A stretch of DNA of 64,000 nucleotides from a virus. Shown here in pieces: positions 56,039 through 64,000 of this stretch. Position 1 is the stretch's first letter. Every line of letters starts with the position of its first letter. A program made the translations under genes and the position numbers. The notes below the pieces were generated by a model. It was not told the origin of the DNA and searched no databases. It saw only the letters and a program-made list of their open reading frames with translations. The stretch covers positions 1 to 64,000 of the IMG/VR virus record IMGVR_UViG_3300008952_002784. One strand, written 5' to 3'.

Positions 56039-57286
56039 ATGACAAAAAAATACAAAGTATTAATGCTTTCAGATCACGCTTTAAGCACATCTGGAGTGGG
56101 CTGTCAAAGTAGATTTTTGATTGACGGCTTAATAAAGAAGGGCTGCTGGTCATTTCGACAATTTGGCGCGGCAATTAAGCATGATGATTATAGAATGATT
56201 ACTGTCAATGATGACTTTATTATTAAGCCAATTGATGGATTCGGCAATAGAGAGCTAATCAGATCAACTTTAGTCGCAGAAAAACCAGATGTTGTCCTAA
56301 TCTTTACAGACCCCAGATTCTTTATTTGGCTCTGGGAAATGGAAGATGAAATACATCAAGTTTGTCCTATTGCTTATTGGCATGTATGGGATAATCTTCC
56401 TGTTCCCACCTTCAATAAAGTTTTGTATGATTCTACAGACTTAATTAACTGTCACTCTTATCTTACATATGAATTTTTAAAAGATCTAGCCCCGGGGAGA
56501 GCAAATTTTGTTCCTCATTCATTACCTGACGGATTGTTTTATCCCATCAAGCGAGATGAGCAAATCAAGTGGAGAAATGAAGTTATTGGGCGTGAAAGAG
56601 CAGATCATTTTGTAGCATTTTGGGTAAATAGAAACGCTAAAAGAAAGCGACCCAATGATCTACTATTAGCATGGAAGACATTCATAGACATGCTAGAAGA
56701 GAAGCATGGTCACAAGAAGGCATCACTACTGATGCATACTCAACCAGATGATCCTGAGGGACCTAATTTATATGCCACATGTGACTTATTAGGCATAAAA
56801 GATAACGTTGTTTTCTCACCTGACAGGCTTGAATTTGAAAAAATGAATATATTGCACAACATAAGTGATGTATGTGTCAATGTAAGCTATGCAGAAGGAT
56901 TTGGTTTGTCAACACTAGAAGCAATGTCATGTGCTAAGCCAATTATCGCACTCAAGACAGGGGGACTTACGCGTCAAGTTGTAGATCATAGAGATGAATC
57001 AGAGAACGGAATTGCACTCCCAGTAGAATTCAAGTCATTGGTAGGCTCTCAACAGGTACCGTACATATATGAAGATTATTGTTCAGCTGAGACTACTGCT
57101 AAAGCTTTCTTAGACATGTACGAAATGGGACATGAGAAGAGAGTAGAATTGGGAAAGAAAGCAAAGGAGTACGTAGACTCTGAATTCAATCATCAAACAA
57201 CAATCGACTTGTGGCATGACACTTTGCTAGACTTAGTTGAAAATAAACAGAGTAACAATAAGCTCTGGGAGATTCAAGAAATATGA
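56039..57286 (+). CDS. Glycosyltransferase family 4
   Basis: NRNAKRKR and EGFGLSTLEAMSCAKPII. Confidence 0.9.
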   Translation: MTKKYKVLMLSDHALSTSGVGCQSRFLIDGLIKKGCWSFRQFGAAIKHDDYRMITVNDDFIIKPIDGFGNRELIRSTLVAEKPDVVLIFTDPRFFIWLWEMEDEIHQVCPIAYWHVWDNLPVPTFNKVLYDSTDLINCHSYLTYEFLKDLAPGRANFVPHSLPDGLFYPIKRDEQIKWRNEVIGRERADHFVAFWVNRNAKRKRPNDLLLAWKTFIDMLEEKHGHKKASLLMHTQPDDPEGPNLYATCDLLGIKDNVVFSPDRLEFEKMNILHNISDVCVNVSYAEGFGLSTLEAMSCAKPIIALKTGGLTRQVVDHRDESENGIALPVEFKSLVGSQQVPYIYEDYCSAETTAKAFLDMYEMGHEKRVELGKKAKEYVDSEFNHQTTIDLWHDTLLDLVENKQSNNKLWEIQEI

Positions 57287-58452
57287 TGAAAAAAAGAGTA
57301 CTTGTTAGAGCACCACTACTGACAATGTCAGGATACGGCGTACACTCTAGACAGATCTATAGATGGGCAAGATCTAGATCTGATTTCGATGTCGAAGCTC
57401 AAATATTGTCATGGGGAATGACACCCTGGATGCTTAACGAAGAGTCTGAAGACGGTTTGATAGGCGATATCATAAGTAGAACATGCAAGCCTGTAGAGGG
57501 TAATAAGTGGGACGTTACTGTACAAGTTCAATTACCGGATGAGTGGGATCCCAATTTGGGAACCATCAATATAGGTGTTACAGCTGCAGTTGAGTCAGAT
57601 AGGTGTAATCCAAATTGGATTGACAGATGTAATAAAATGACTGCAGTTGTTGTACCCTCAAGACATACAAAAAAAGTACTTGAAGATACAGGTAGTGTTA
57701 CTGTGCCTATTCATGTAATTCCGGAAACATATCACAAGTCAGTAACGAATGACGATCTTTCCCCGCTTGACATTGACTTGTCGACAAGCTTTAATTTTCT
57801 TTTATTTGCTCAATTCACAGGCCAGACACCGGATACAGATAGAAAGAATTTATTCAATACAGTCAAGTGGATGTGTGAGACATTCACCGGAGATTCTGAA
57901 GTTGGAATTATTCTTAAGACAAACTCAGGTTGCAATACTAAAATTGATCGATCAATAACAGAAAAATTATTGAGAAATCTAATATCAGAAGTTAGAAAAG
58001 GACCATATCCTCGATTTTATTTTTTGCATGGAGCAATGTCTGAAGAAGAAGTATCTTCGCTTTATAAAGTACCGTCAGTAAAAGCCCTAGTATCACTCAC
58101 AAGAGGTGAAGGGTTTGGGCTACCTCTTTTAGAGGCTGCTGCTAGTGGACTACCGGTAATTGCAACTGGATGGAGCGGTCACCTAGATTTTCTAAAATAC
58201 GGAAAGTTTATCGCTGTCAAGCATAGATTAACAGAAATTCCAAAAGCACGAGCCGACGGCAGAGTTTGGGTTGAAAATTCTAGATGGGCTGAACCGATAG
58301 AAGATGATGCTAAGAAGTGTTTGCAGAGATTCCGGAAAAAGCCCAGTCTTCCCAAACAGTGGGCTAACGATTTGAAAGAAAAGATTAGAAAAAACTTTTC
58401 TGAGAAGTCTATTAATCAACACTATAACAAGCTTATGAGGAATCTCACCTAA
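57283..58452 (+). CDS. Glycosyltransferase family 4
   Basis: SGYGVHSR, DRKN and RGEGFGLPLLEAAASGLPVIATGWSGHLDF. Confidence 0.9.
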   Translation: MMKKRVLVRAPLLTMSGYGVHSRQIYRWARSRSDFDVEAQILSWGMTPWMLNEESEDGLIGDIISRTCKPVEGNKWDVTVQVQLPDEWDPNLGTINIGVTAAVESDRCNPNWIDRCNKMTAVVVPSRHTKKVLEDTGSVTVPIHVIPETYHKSVTNDDLSPLDIDLSTSFNFLLFAQFTGQTPDTDRKNLFNTVKWMCETFTGDSEVGIILKTNSGCNTKIDRSITEKLLRNLISEVRKGPYPRFYFLHGAMSEEEVSSLYKVPSVKALVSLTRGEGFGLPLLEAAASGLPVIATGWSGHLDFLKYGKFIAVKHRLTEIPKARADGRVWVENSRWAEPIEDDAKKCLQRFRKKPSLPKQWANDLKEKIRKNFSEKSINQHYNKLMRNLT

Positions 58453-58457
58453 ACATT

Positions 58458-58760
58458 ATGTCTTCAACAGCCATCATAATTACATGCCTAATCTCAATGT
58501 TAGCACTGTCTTTGTTCTATTTAGTAAGATTTGGGCTCATAATTCTTCAGATACAAGATGCAATCGAAGAGTCACTAGATGTAATGGATGAGAAGTACAA
58601 ATCAATGTCAAGTATACTAGAACGACCGCTCTATTATGATAGTCCTGAAGTGCGCCAGGTAGTGCAAGATATAAGAGATACTAGAGCATCAATATTATAT
58701 ATTGCTAATGCATTCTCGCTGTCCGGTGAACCCATTCATGATGATCTACCAGGAGAGTAA
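58458..58760 (+). CDS. Single-pass membrane protein with coiled coil
   Basis: N-terminal hydrophobic helix. Confidence 0.6.
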   Translation: MSSTAIIITCLISMLALSLFYLVRFGLIILQIQDAIEESLDVMDEKYKSMSSILERPLYYDSPEVRQVVQDIRDTRASILYIANAFSLSGEPIHDDLPGE

Positions 58761-58761
58761 A

Positions 58762-59535
58762 TTGAAAAAACTAGTGAGTAAAAAGCGAAAAATACGTCGT
58801 AAGAGGGGCACAGGCCCTAGAAACATGTATTTCACTATGGATACCCAAGCCGCAATTCAAACGTATCAGGGTTTTGAAAAGATTGAGTCTGAGCAAGAAT
58901 CAAAAGATCTGACAGATGATAAACATAATGTCTATATAAAAGAAATTCAACCTGCATTTGAAAAATTGGTTGAAAATCTTATTTTTGTTTATGGTTTCAA
59001 GTCTCCTCTAGATACGTTTCATGATATGAAGTCAGACTGTGTATCATTTTTATATGAGTCTATGCATAAATGGAAGCCAGAACGAGGTACCAAAGCATTT
59101 TCATACTTCAATGTTGTGGCTAAGAACTGGCTCATTATACGGTCTAGAAAACAAAAGAAAAGAGTAAAGCGACATGTGAGCTCTGACAATCCTGACAGTA
59201 TGACAACTCTGCAACGAGAAATGTATGAAAGTCATGATGTAATCCCACCGCCAGATATCTTACTCATCAATAGGAATCTAAGAAATGAGATTCAAAATCT
59301 TTTGACAGAAATTCAGGGAATAGTGACTAGTGAGTCTGAAAAATCTTGTATCAATGCAGTCATTACAGTATTTGAAAATATAGACGATTTAGACTTTCTG
59401 AATAAGCGTGCAATACTAGTATACGTCAGAGAGATCTCCGGGCTTTCGCCGAAGCAATTGTCTGTTGCAATGTCGTCAATAAGAAAGCACTATAGGCGAT
59501 TGACAGGTGCATCTGGTGACTTTAATCTTTTTTAG
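58762..59535 (+). CDS. Phage late-transcription sigma factor (T4 gp55-like)
   Basis: MYFT, AFEKLVENL, DMKSDCV and KWKPERGTKAFSYFNVVAKN resemble gp55 region 2; TTG start after AGGAG. Confidence 0.7.
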   Translation: MKKLVSKKRKIRRKRGTGPRNMYFTMDTQAAIQTYQGFEKIESEQESKDLTDDKHNVYIKEIQPAFEKLVENLIFVYGFKSPLDTFHDMKSDCVSFLYESMHKWKPERGTKAFSYFNVVAKNWLIIRSRKQKKRVKRHVSSDNPDSMTTLQREMYESHDVIPPPDILLINRNLRNEIQNLLTEIQGIVTSESEKSCINAVITVFENIDDLDFLNKRAILVYVREISGLSPKQLSVAMSSIRKHYRRLTGASGDFNLF

Positions 59536-59544
59536 GAGGAAATC

Positions 59545-59931
59545 ATGAGTAATGATATCTTGGGAGATGCCCTTACACGTGCTGACAAAACAAAAGCAAA
59601 ATTAGATAAATTTTCTGACATTCTAGATCATCTTCATTCTACAGAAGAAAAAAGAAAATTACTGTGGAAAGAAATATACGAAAATGCTCTAAATGACAGG
59701 GAGAGTGCATCCATGCTATTTACTGATGCATGGAGCCAAATGAAGGGTGGCACAATTGAGCATGCTACAGTTGGCCCCACGATGTCAAAGTATTTAGAGC
59801 GAATGAATAAGTCAAATGAGCAAATTTTAAGACTTGCAGAGCTTATAACAAAAGCAGAAGAACAAGAAGCCAAAATCGATCCCGACGATATATTCTCCCA
59901 GATAGGTGATGGAAAAAAGGGAGCTACATAA
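59545..59931 (+). CDS. Hypothetical alpha-helical protein
   Basis: GGAGG RBS; lies between the sigma and baseplate genes. Confidence 0.65.
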   Translation: MSNDILGDALTRADKTKAKLDKFSDILDHLHSTEEKRKLLWKEIYENALNDRESASMLFTDAWSQMKGGTIEHATVGPTMSKYLERMNKSNEQILRLAELITKAEEQEAKIDPDDIFSQIGDGKKGAT

Positions 59932-61634
59932 TGACAACAGACGTTCAGCGAAATTTACTGGGCGCACAGTCAGACCTTTCAGAAGATGTACTCTCGATAC
60001 GAGATGCACCATCATCATCAGTATTTCAGAAAGCCATAGTAAAAGATATCTTGTATGACATTTCAGTCTTGGGATATCCAACCGTGGGTGAGGGCGATGA
60101 CAACTCAGATCCATATGTAGACGAGCTGCTATCTAGATTATCGAATTCACTAGAATTGTCACAAGCACCCAGAAATTCTATAATAGTACAATTTTCTTCT
60201 GAATCAGAGGGTGAATTTCTATGCTATCCATTTTTTCCGCCTCATTTATCTATGCCAATCAAGCAGGGGGAAAGAGTTTGGGTCTTACGAGAGCCAGGGT
60301 CAAATGTCGGATACTGGTTTTGCAGAATGCAAGCACCTCAACATGTAGATGATGTAAATTACACACATGACGATAGACGATGGGATTACTCAATTGGTGA
60401 CTATCGTCAAACATCAGATGAAGATTCAGAAAAAATACCTGACTTTCCAAACGGCCCTGAGGGCAATGTGCCAGGTCAAGAAATTATTCCTACATTGGGC
60501 CCAACCGCGAACGGTGATCTGCCTTTCGAAAGGGTATATACAGGATCATTAGCAGCCGGTTCTGTAGTTGCAGAGCCAGTGCCAAGATTCACTAAACGCC
60601 CCGGGGATTTAGTATTACAGGGTTCTAATAACACCCTGATATGTCTAGGGCAAGATCGTGGCTGGAATTCAGAGTTTTCACCAGTACCTTCTGACCCTCA
60701 TCAGCTTAGCAATGCGTCTTTAGATACTAGTACGAACGATGTTATTGTAGGCGAAGATCCAAAAATATCTGAAAATTCTTACGAGAACATACTAAAAGAG
60801 TTAGCCGGCGCAATCGACATTGTCGCCGGCCGCGGCCGAATATATTTGAACACCTCCGGCGATCCAATATTTGAAACTAAGTCTAGTGGTGAACCATCTA
60901 GAACAGAACCAAGGGTTATTCTCAACTCTCGAGGATTTTATGAAACTGACAAAAATCCAACATTGCGAGGTTTGGGCGCGGGAACAATAAATCGTTTGTG
61001 TGATACAGCCGAGGGGGATCCCGACTTTATATACGATGCTAGCAGGATATATGTATCTATGCGATCAGATGTCGATCATGATTACGGCTTGTCAGCATCA
61101 TATCCAAACCCATTTGAAGCAAAAATAGAAGAAATAGAAGATGCAGCATGCATAGTTGTTAAGTCTGACGAGATAAGAATTGTAGCAAGAAAAAAAGATA
61201 TTGATGTGCCATATGATGATGCTGCTGCAATTAATGGGTCTATACGTATAATAAAAGAGGGCACGCCTGATGATGATGCTGCTTCAATTATTATTCTACC
61301 TGATGGCACAGTTCAAATTTCAGGATCAAAGATATTTTTAGGGCGTACTACAAAAGACGGCGGCGCCGGCAAAGGCCCTGGCCCGGGAGGCTCCCAGCCA
61401 TATGTAAAGTATCAAGAGCTTGAAGATCTGCTAACAGAAGTGTTGACCAACATTAAATCATTTGGCACTAGCTTGCAATCAACATTTGCAGGAAATACAA
61501 CCCCGGGTTTTGGTGCGCCAAACCCGTCAATACTTGTATCGTCAACTGCAGAATGCATGACGTTACAGACTGACATGGATGCCAGAATAAATCAAATAAA
61601 AAGTATAAAATCAGATCGAATATTCGGAGAATAG
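59931..61634 (+). CDS. Baseplate central spike/hub protein (gp5/VgrG-like)
   Basis: MPIKQGERVWV OB-fold motif, PGDLVLQGSNNTLICLG and C-terminal QPYVKYQELEDLL; precedes gp25. Confidence 0.62.
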   Translation: MTTDVQRNLLGAQSDLSEDVLSIRDAPSSSVFQKAIVKDILYDISVLGYPTVGEGDDNSDPYVDELLSRLSNSLELSQAPRNSIIVQFSSESEGEFLCYPFFPPHLSMPIKQGERVWVLREPGSNVGYWFCRMQAPQHVDDVNYTHDDRRWDYSIGDYRQTSDEDSEKIPDFPNGPEGNVPGQEIIPTLGPTANGDLPFERVYTGSLAAGSVVAEPVPRFTKRPGDLVLQGSNNTLICLGQDRGWNSEFSPVPSDPHQLSNASLDTSTNDVIVGEDPKISENSYENILKELAGAIDIVAGRGRIYLNTSGDPIFETKSSGEPSRTEPRVILNSRGFYETDKNPTLRGLGAGTINRLCDTAEGDPDFIYDASRIYVSMRSDVDHDYGLSASYPNPFEAKIEEIEDAACIVVKSDEIRIVARKKDIDVPYDDAAAINGSIRIIKEGTPDDDAASIIILPDGTVQISGSKIFLGRTTKDGGAGKGPGPGGSQPYVKYQELEDLLTEVLTNIKSFGTSLQSTFAGNTTPGFGAPNPSILVSSTAECMTLQTDMDARINQIKSIKSDRIFGE

Positions 61635-61641
61635 AAACATT

Positions 61642-61932
61642 ATGTCACTATCAAATGCTAAAATTACACTACAAGCAACATTATTTTCAATATTTGAGGA
61701 AAGAAAATTAGAGGGTGAAGATAATGCAAAAATGGCATTAGATATGGCTAATGCAATTCATGACTACATAACAAGCGCTGATGTCGATATTACTCTAGTG
61801 TCATCTGTGACACCACCAGGAACAACGTTGTCAACTGTTGTAGTAACTCCAACAGGCCCAGGAACCGGAACAGGTGCTACAGTAGCACCCACCTCGCCTG
61901 CTCTACATACCGGATTTGGAAAGCTATTATAG
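61642..61932 (+). CDS. Small putative baseplate/spike-tip protein
   Basis: MANAIHDYI plus a G/T/P-rich tail; baseplate context. Confidence 0.5.
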   Translation: MSLSNAKITLQATLFSIFEERKLEGEDNAKMALDMANAIHDYITSADVDITLVSSVTPPGTTLSTVVVTPTGPGTGTGATVAPTSPALHTGFGKLL

Positions 61933-61995
61933 AAATTCTATTCACTGCAACTTGATACAGATTATATTTACGTCTAACAAGGACCGGATAATCCA

Positions 61996-62499
61996 ATGGC
62001 AGAAATAGCACAAAATAGAAGGACGTACGACTTCAATAGTGTCGGCGATCTAGATTTAGACGAGAAAGAAAGATCTAGAAAAGCAAAGCTTGAGTCTGTA
62101 CGTCTTCCAATTGGTATAAGAACACCGTTGCAATTGTCAGACAATTCCAACTCTTTGTTTAGAATGAATACTGTATTATTAGATCAAATATCAGACAATC
62201 TACGCAATCTTATCATGACAAACCATGGTGAGCGTTTAGGTTTTTATGACTTTGGCGCAAACTTGATGGAGTTATGTTTTGAGTTAGGCGCAGAAAGTGC
62301 TGATAAAGTTGCAGTACAAAGAATTAAAAAAGCAGTTGACAAATACATGCCATATGTCAACTTAGAGACGTTTGAGCCAATTGTAGATCGTCATGATAAT
62401 GAGCATACAGCTAAAGTCGGTGTAAAAGTTACTTATGGCATACCGAAGCTAACACAAAAAAAACGTGAAATAGAAGTAATTCTATACGTAGCAGGATAA
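61996..62499 (+). CDS. Baseplate wedge protein (gp25/GPW-like)
   Basis: QISDNLRNLIMTNHGERLGFYDFGANL...IKKAVDKYMPYV. Confidence 0.9.
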   Translation: MAEIAQNRRTYDFNSVGDLDLDEKERSRKAKLESVRLPIGIRTPLQLSDNSNSLFRMNTVLLDQISDNLRNLIMTNHGERLGFYDFGANLMELCFELGAESADKVAVQRIKKAVDKYMPYVNLETFEPIVDRHDNEHTAKVGVKVTYGIPKLTQKKREIEVILYVAG

Positions 62500-62500
62500 T

Positions 62501-64000
62501 ATGTCTATAGATGTAAAGAAAAAGCTAAAAAGAAAGAACAATAGAACGTACCTGGCTAAAGATTTCAATAGCTTTAGGTCAGAACTTCTTCGATATGCCA
62601 AGACATATTTTCCAAACCAGATACAAGACTTCTCAGAAGCATCTTTAGGGGGTTTGTTATTAGATATGGCAGCAATGGTCGGCGATACAATGACATTCTA
62701 TCTAGATCATCAATTCAATGAGCTCAACGCATACACAGCAGTTGAGAGCAAGAATCTCATTAGGCATTTAAGGTCTGCGGGAATTCAAATATCTGGTGCA
62801 TCACCAGCATCAGTTTACTCAACATTTTTTATAAAAGTATATTCTGAACAACTTTCTGACGGATCGTATGCTCCAAAGAGAAGTGCTTTACCGGTGATAT
62901 TAGCAGGAACGCAATGTGAATCTTTCAATGGTGTAAAATTTAACTTGACAGAAGATCTAGACTTTGCCAAGCAAGACGACGGAGGAAATTACGATGCATC
63001 ATATGTTGTTGAAGATGTTAACTCAGACGGCTCCCCAGCATCATATATCATGACATTGGAAGGATTGATGGTCTCTGGAGATGAGTCTGAAGATTCATTC
63101 AGCATAGGCACAACTCATGTGCCGTTTAGAGAGGTTTCGCTTAAGCGATCTGATGTGTCTGACATTATGTCTGTTACAGATTCGGATGGAAATCAGTACT
63201 ACGAAGTAGAATCACTGTCACAAGACACTGTATTCAAGGCAGTCATGAATTTAAATGAAGATAGCGATCTTGTTCAGAGCAATCTTGAAGTTGCCCCAGC
63301 ACCGTATAGATTCGTACGTATTGTTGATCCCAATACTCGAGTTACTCGAGTGAAGTTTGGTTCTGGAGATGCTGACTCGCTAGATGACGATATTATTCCC
63401 GATCCCAGCAAGCTATCTTTACCGCTGTATGGTAAGACAACATTTTCTAGATTTTCTATCGACCCTAATGACCTTATAAAGAGCAGAACATTAGGAATAT
63501 CACCAAAGAACACAACAATAAGGATAAGATATAGATCAGGCGGAGGACTATCTCACAACGTTCCTGCAAGTGCGATTAGAAAAATATCAAATATTAAAAT
63601 ATCTTTTAGAAGAAATCCGTCTATGGCAGATGCTACATATGTTAGATCATCACTTGATGTGAAGAATCATGATCCTGCGCGAGGAGGAGATTCTGCACCT
63701 ACTTTATCTGAATTGCGAGAAAAAATACCGGTGGCACGCCAGCAACAGTCTAGAATTGTTAGCAAACAAGACTTACTAGCAAGGATATACACTTTGCCGG
63801 CCCAGTTTGGAAGAGTTTATCGAGCGGGAATATCTGACAATCCTGAGAATCCGCTATCTTCTTTATTGTATGTTATTTCTAGAAATAGAATGGGTCAATT
63901 AGATATCACTCCGGATTCTCTCAAGAAAAACATAGCCAAATATCTAAATGAATTCAGGCTCATATCAGACGCGATAGATATATTAGACGCTAGCGTTGTT
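62501..64000 (+). CDS. Baseplate wedge protein (T4 gp6-like), 3'-truncated by the window edge
   Basis: Absent from the ORF track (no stop codon); translates MSIDVKKKL...YLAKDFNSFRSELLRYAKTYFP...DFSEASLGGLLLDMAAMVGD...FYLDHQFNE...GGDSAPT...QQSRIVSKQD. Confidence 0.88.
   Translation, partial: MSIDVKKKLKRKNNRTYLAKDFNSFRSELLRYAKTYFPNQIQDFSEASLGGLLLDMAAMVGDTMTFYLDHQFNELNAYTAVESKNLIRHLRSAGIQISGASPASVYSTFFIKVYSEQLSDGSYAPKRSALPVILAGTQCESFNGVKFNLTEDLDFAKQDDGGNYDASYVVEDVNSDGSPASYIMTLEGLMVSGDESEDSFSIGTTHVPFREVSLKRSDVSDIMSVTDSDGNQYYEVESLSQDTVFKAVMNLNEDSDLVQSNLEVAPAPYRFVRIVDPNTRVTRVKFGSGDADSLDDDIIPDPSKLSLPLYGKTTFSRFSIDPNDLIKSRTLGISPKNTTIRIRYRSGGGLSHNVPASAIRKISNIKISFRRNPSMADATYVRSSLDVKNHDPARGGDSAPTLSELREKIPVARQQQSRIVSKQDLLARIYTLPAQFGRVYRAGISDNPENPLSSLLYVISRNRMGQLDITPDSLKKNIAKYLNEFRLISDAIDILDASVV

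Noticed and set aside
29888-58452. Ordinary host O-antigen or capsule locus
   Set aside because: No flippase, polymerase, ABC exporter or initiating transferase is visible, and phage structural genes with similar composition and promoter motifs flank it on both sides
99-63513. Numerous short minus-strand and nested ORFs in the track (e.g. 99-344, 1369-1749, 14395-14778, 51206-51616, 63274-63513)
   Set aside because: They lie antisense to, or inside, well-supported genes and carry no recognisable motifs; treated as shadow ORFs
1-64000. Stop-codon reassignment as seen in some large phages
   Set aside because: Conserved genes are full length under code 11, and TAA, TAG and TGA all end genes at expected positions

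Overview
This window looks like part of a very large (jumbo) myovirus genome rather than a cellular chromosome. Genes are densely packed, almost all on the + strand, and use the standard genetic code. Clear phage genes include T4-like gp25 and gp6 baseplate wedge genes, a gp5-like spike, a gp55-like late sigma factor and two repeat-rich fibre genes. From left to right the window holds: (1) a tandem array of small acidic proteins that all start with the same basic leader, MKITKRQLRRIIKEE; (2) Hsp20, two exported proteases, a eukaryote-type phosphomannomutase, an MT-A70 methyltransferase and a DinG helicase; (3) a YeaH-SpoVR-PrkA triad, a degenerate GroEL-like protein, an Hc1 histone-like protein, a complete tmRNA, a tubulin/FtsZ-family GTPase, a stand-alone sigma region-4 protein and PIN-PhoH; (4) the two fibre genes followed by an AT-rich iteron-like repeat; (5) a 28.5 kb, 31-ORF glycan synthesis and decoration island with no recognisable export machinery; (6) the late sigma factor and baseplate genes, running off the right end. 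A recurrent promoter-like motif (xT[G/T][T/A]AC-N17-TAnnnT) occurs at nine sites, and TCTAGA appears strongly over-represented. All product calls come from motif recognition by eye; no database searches were run.
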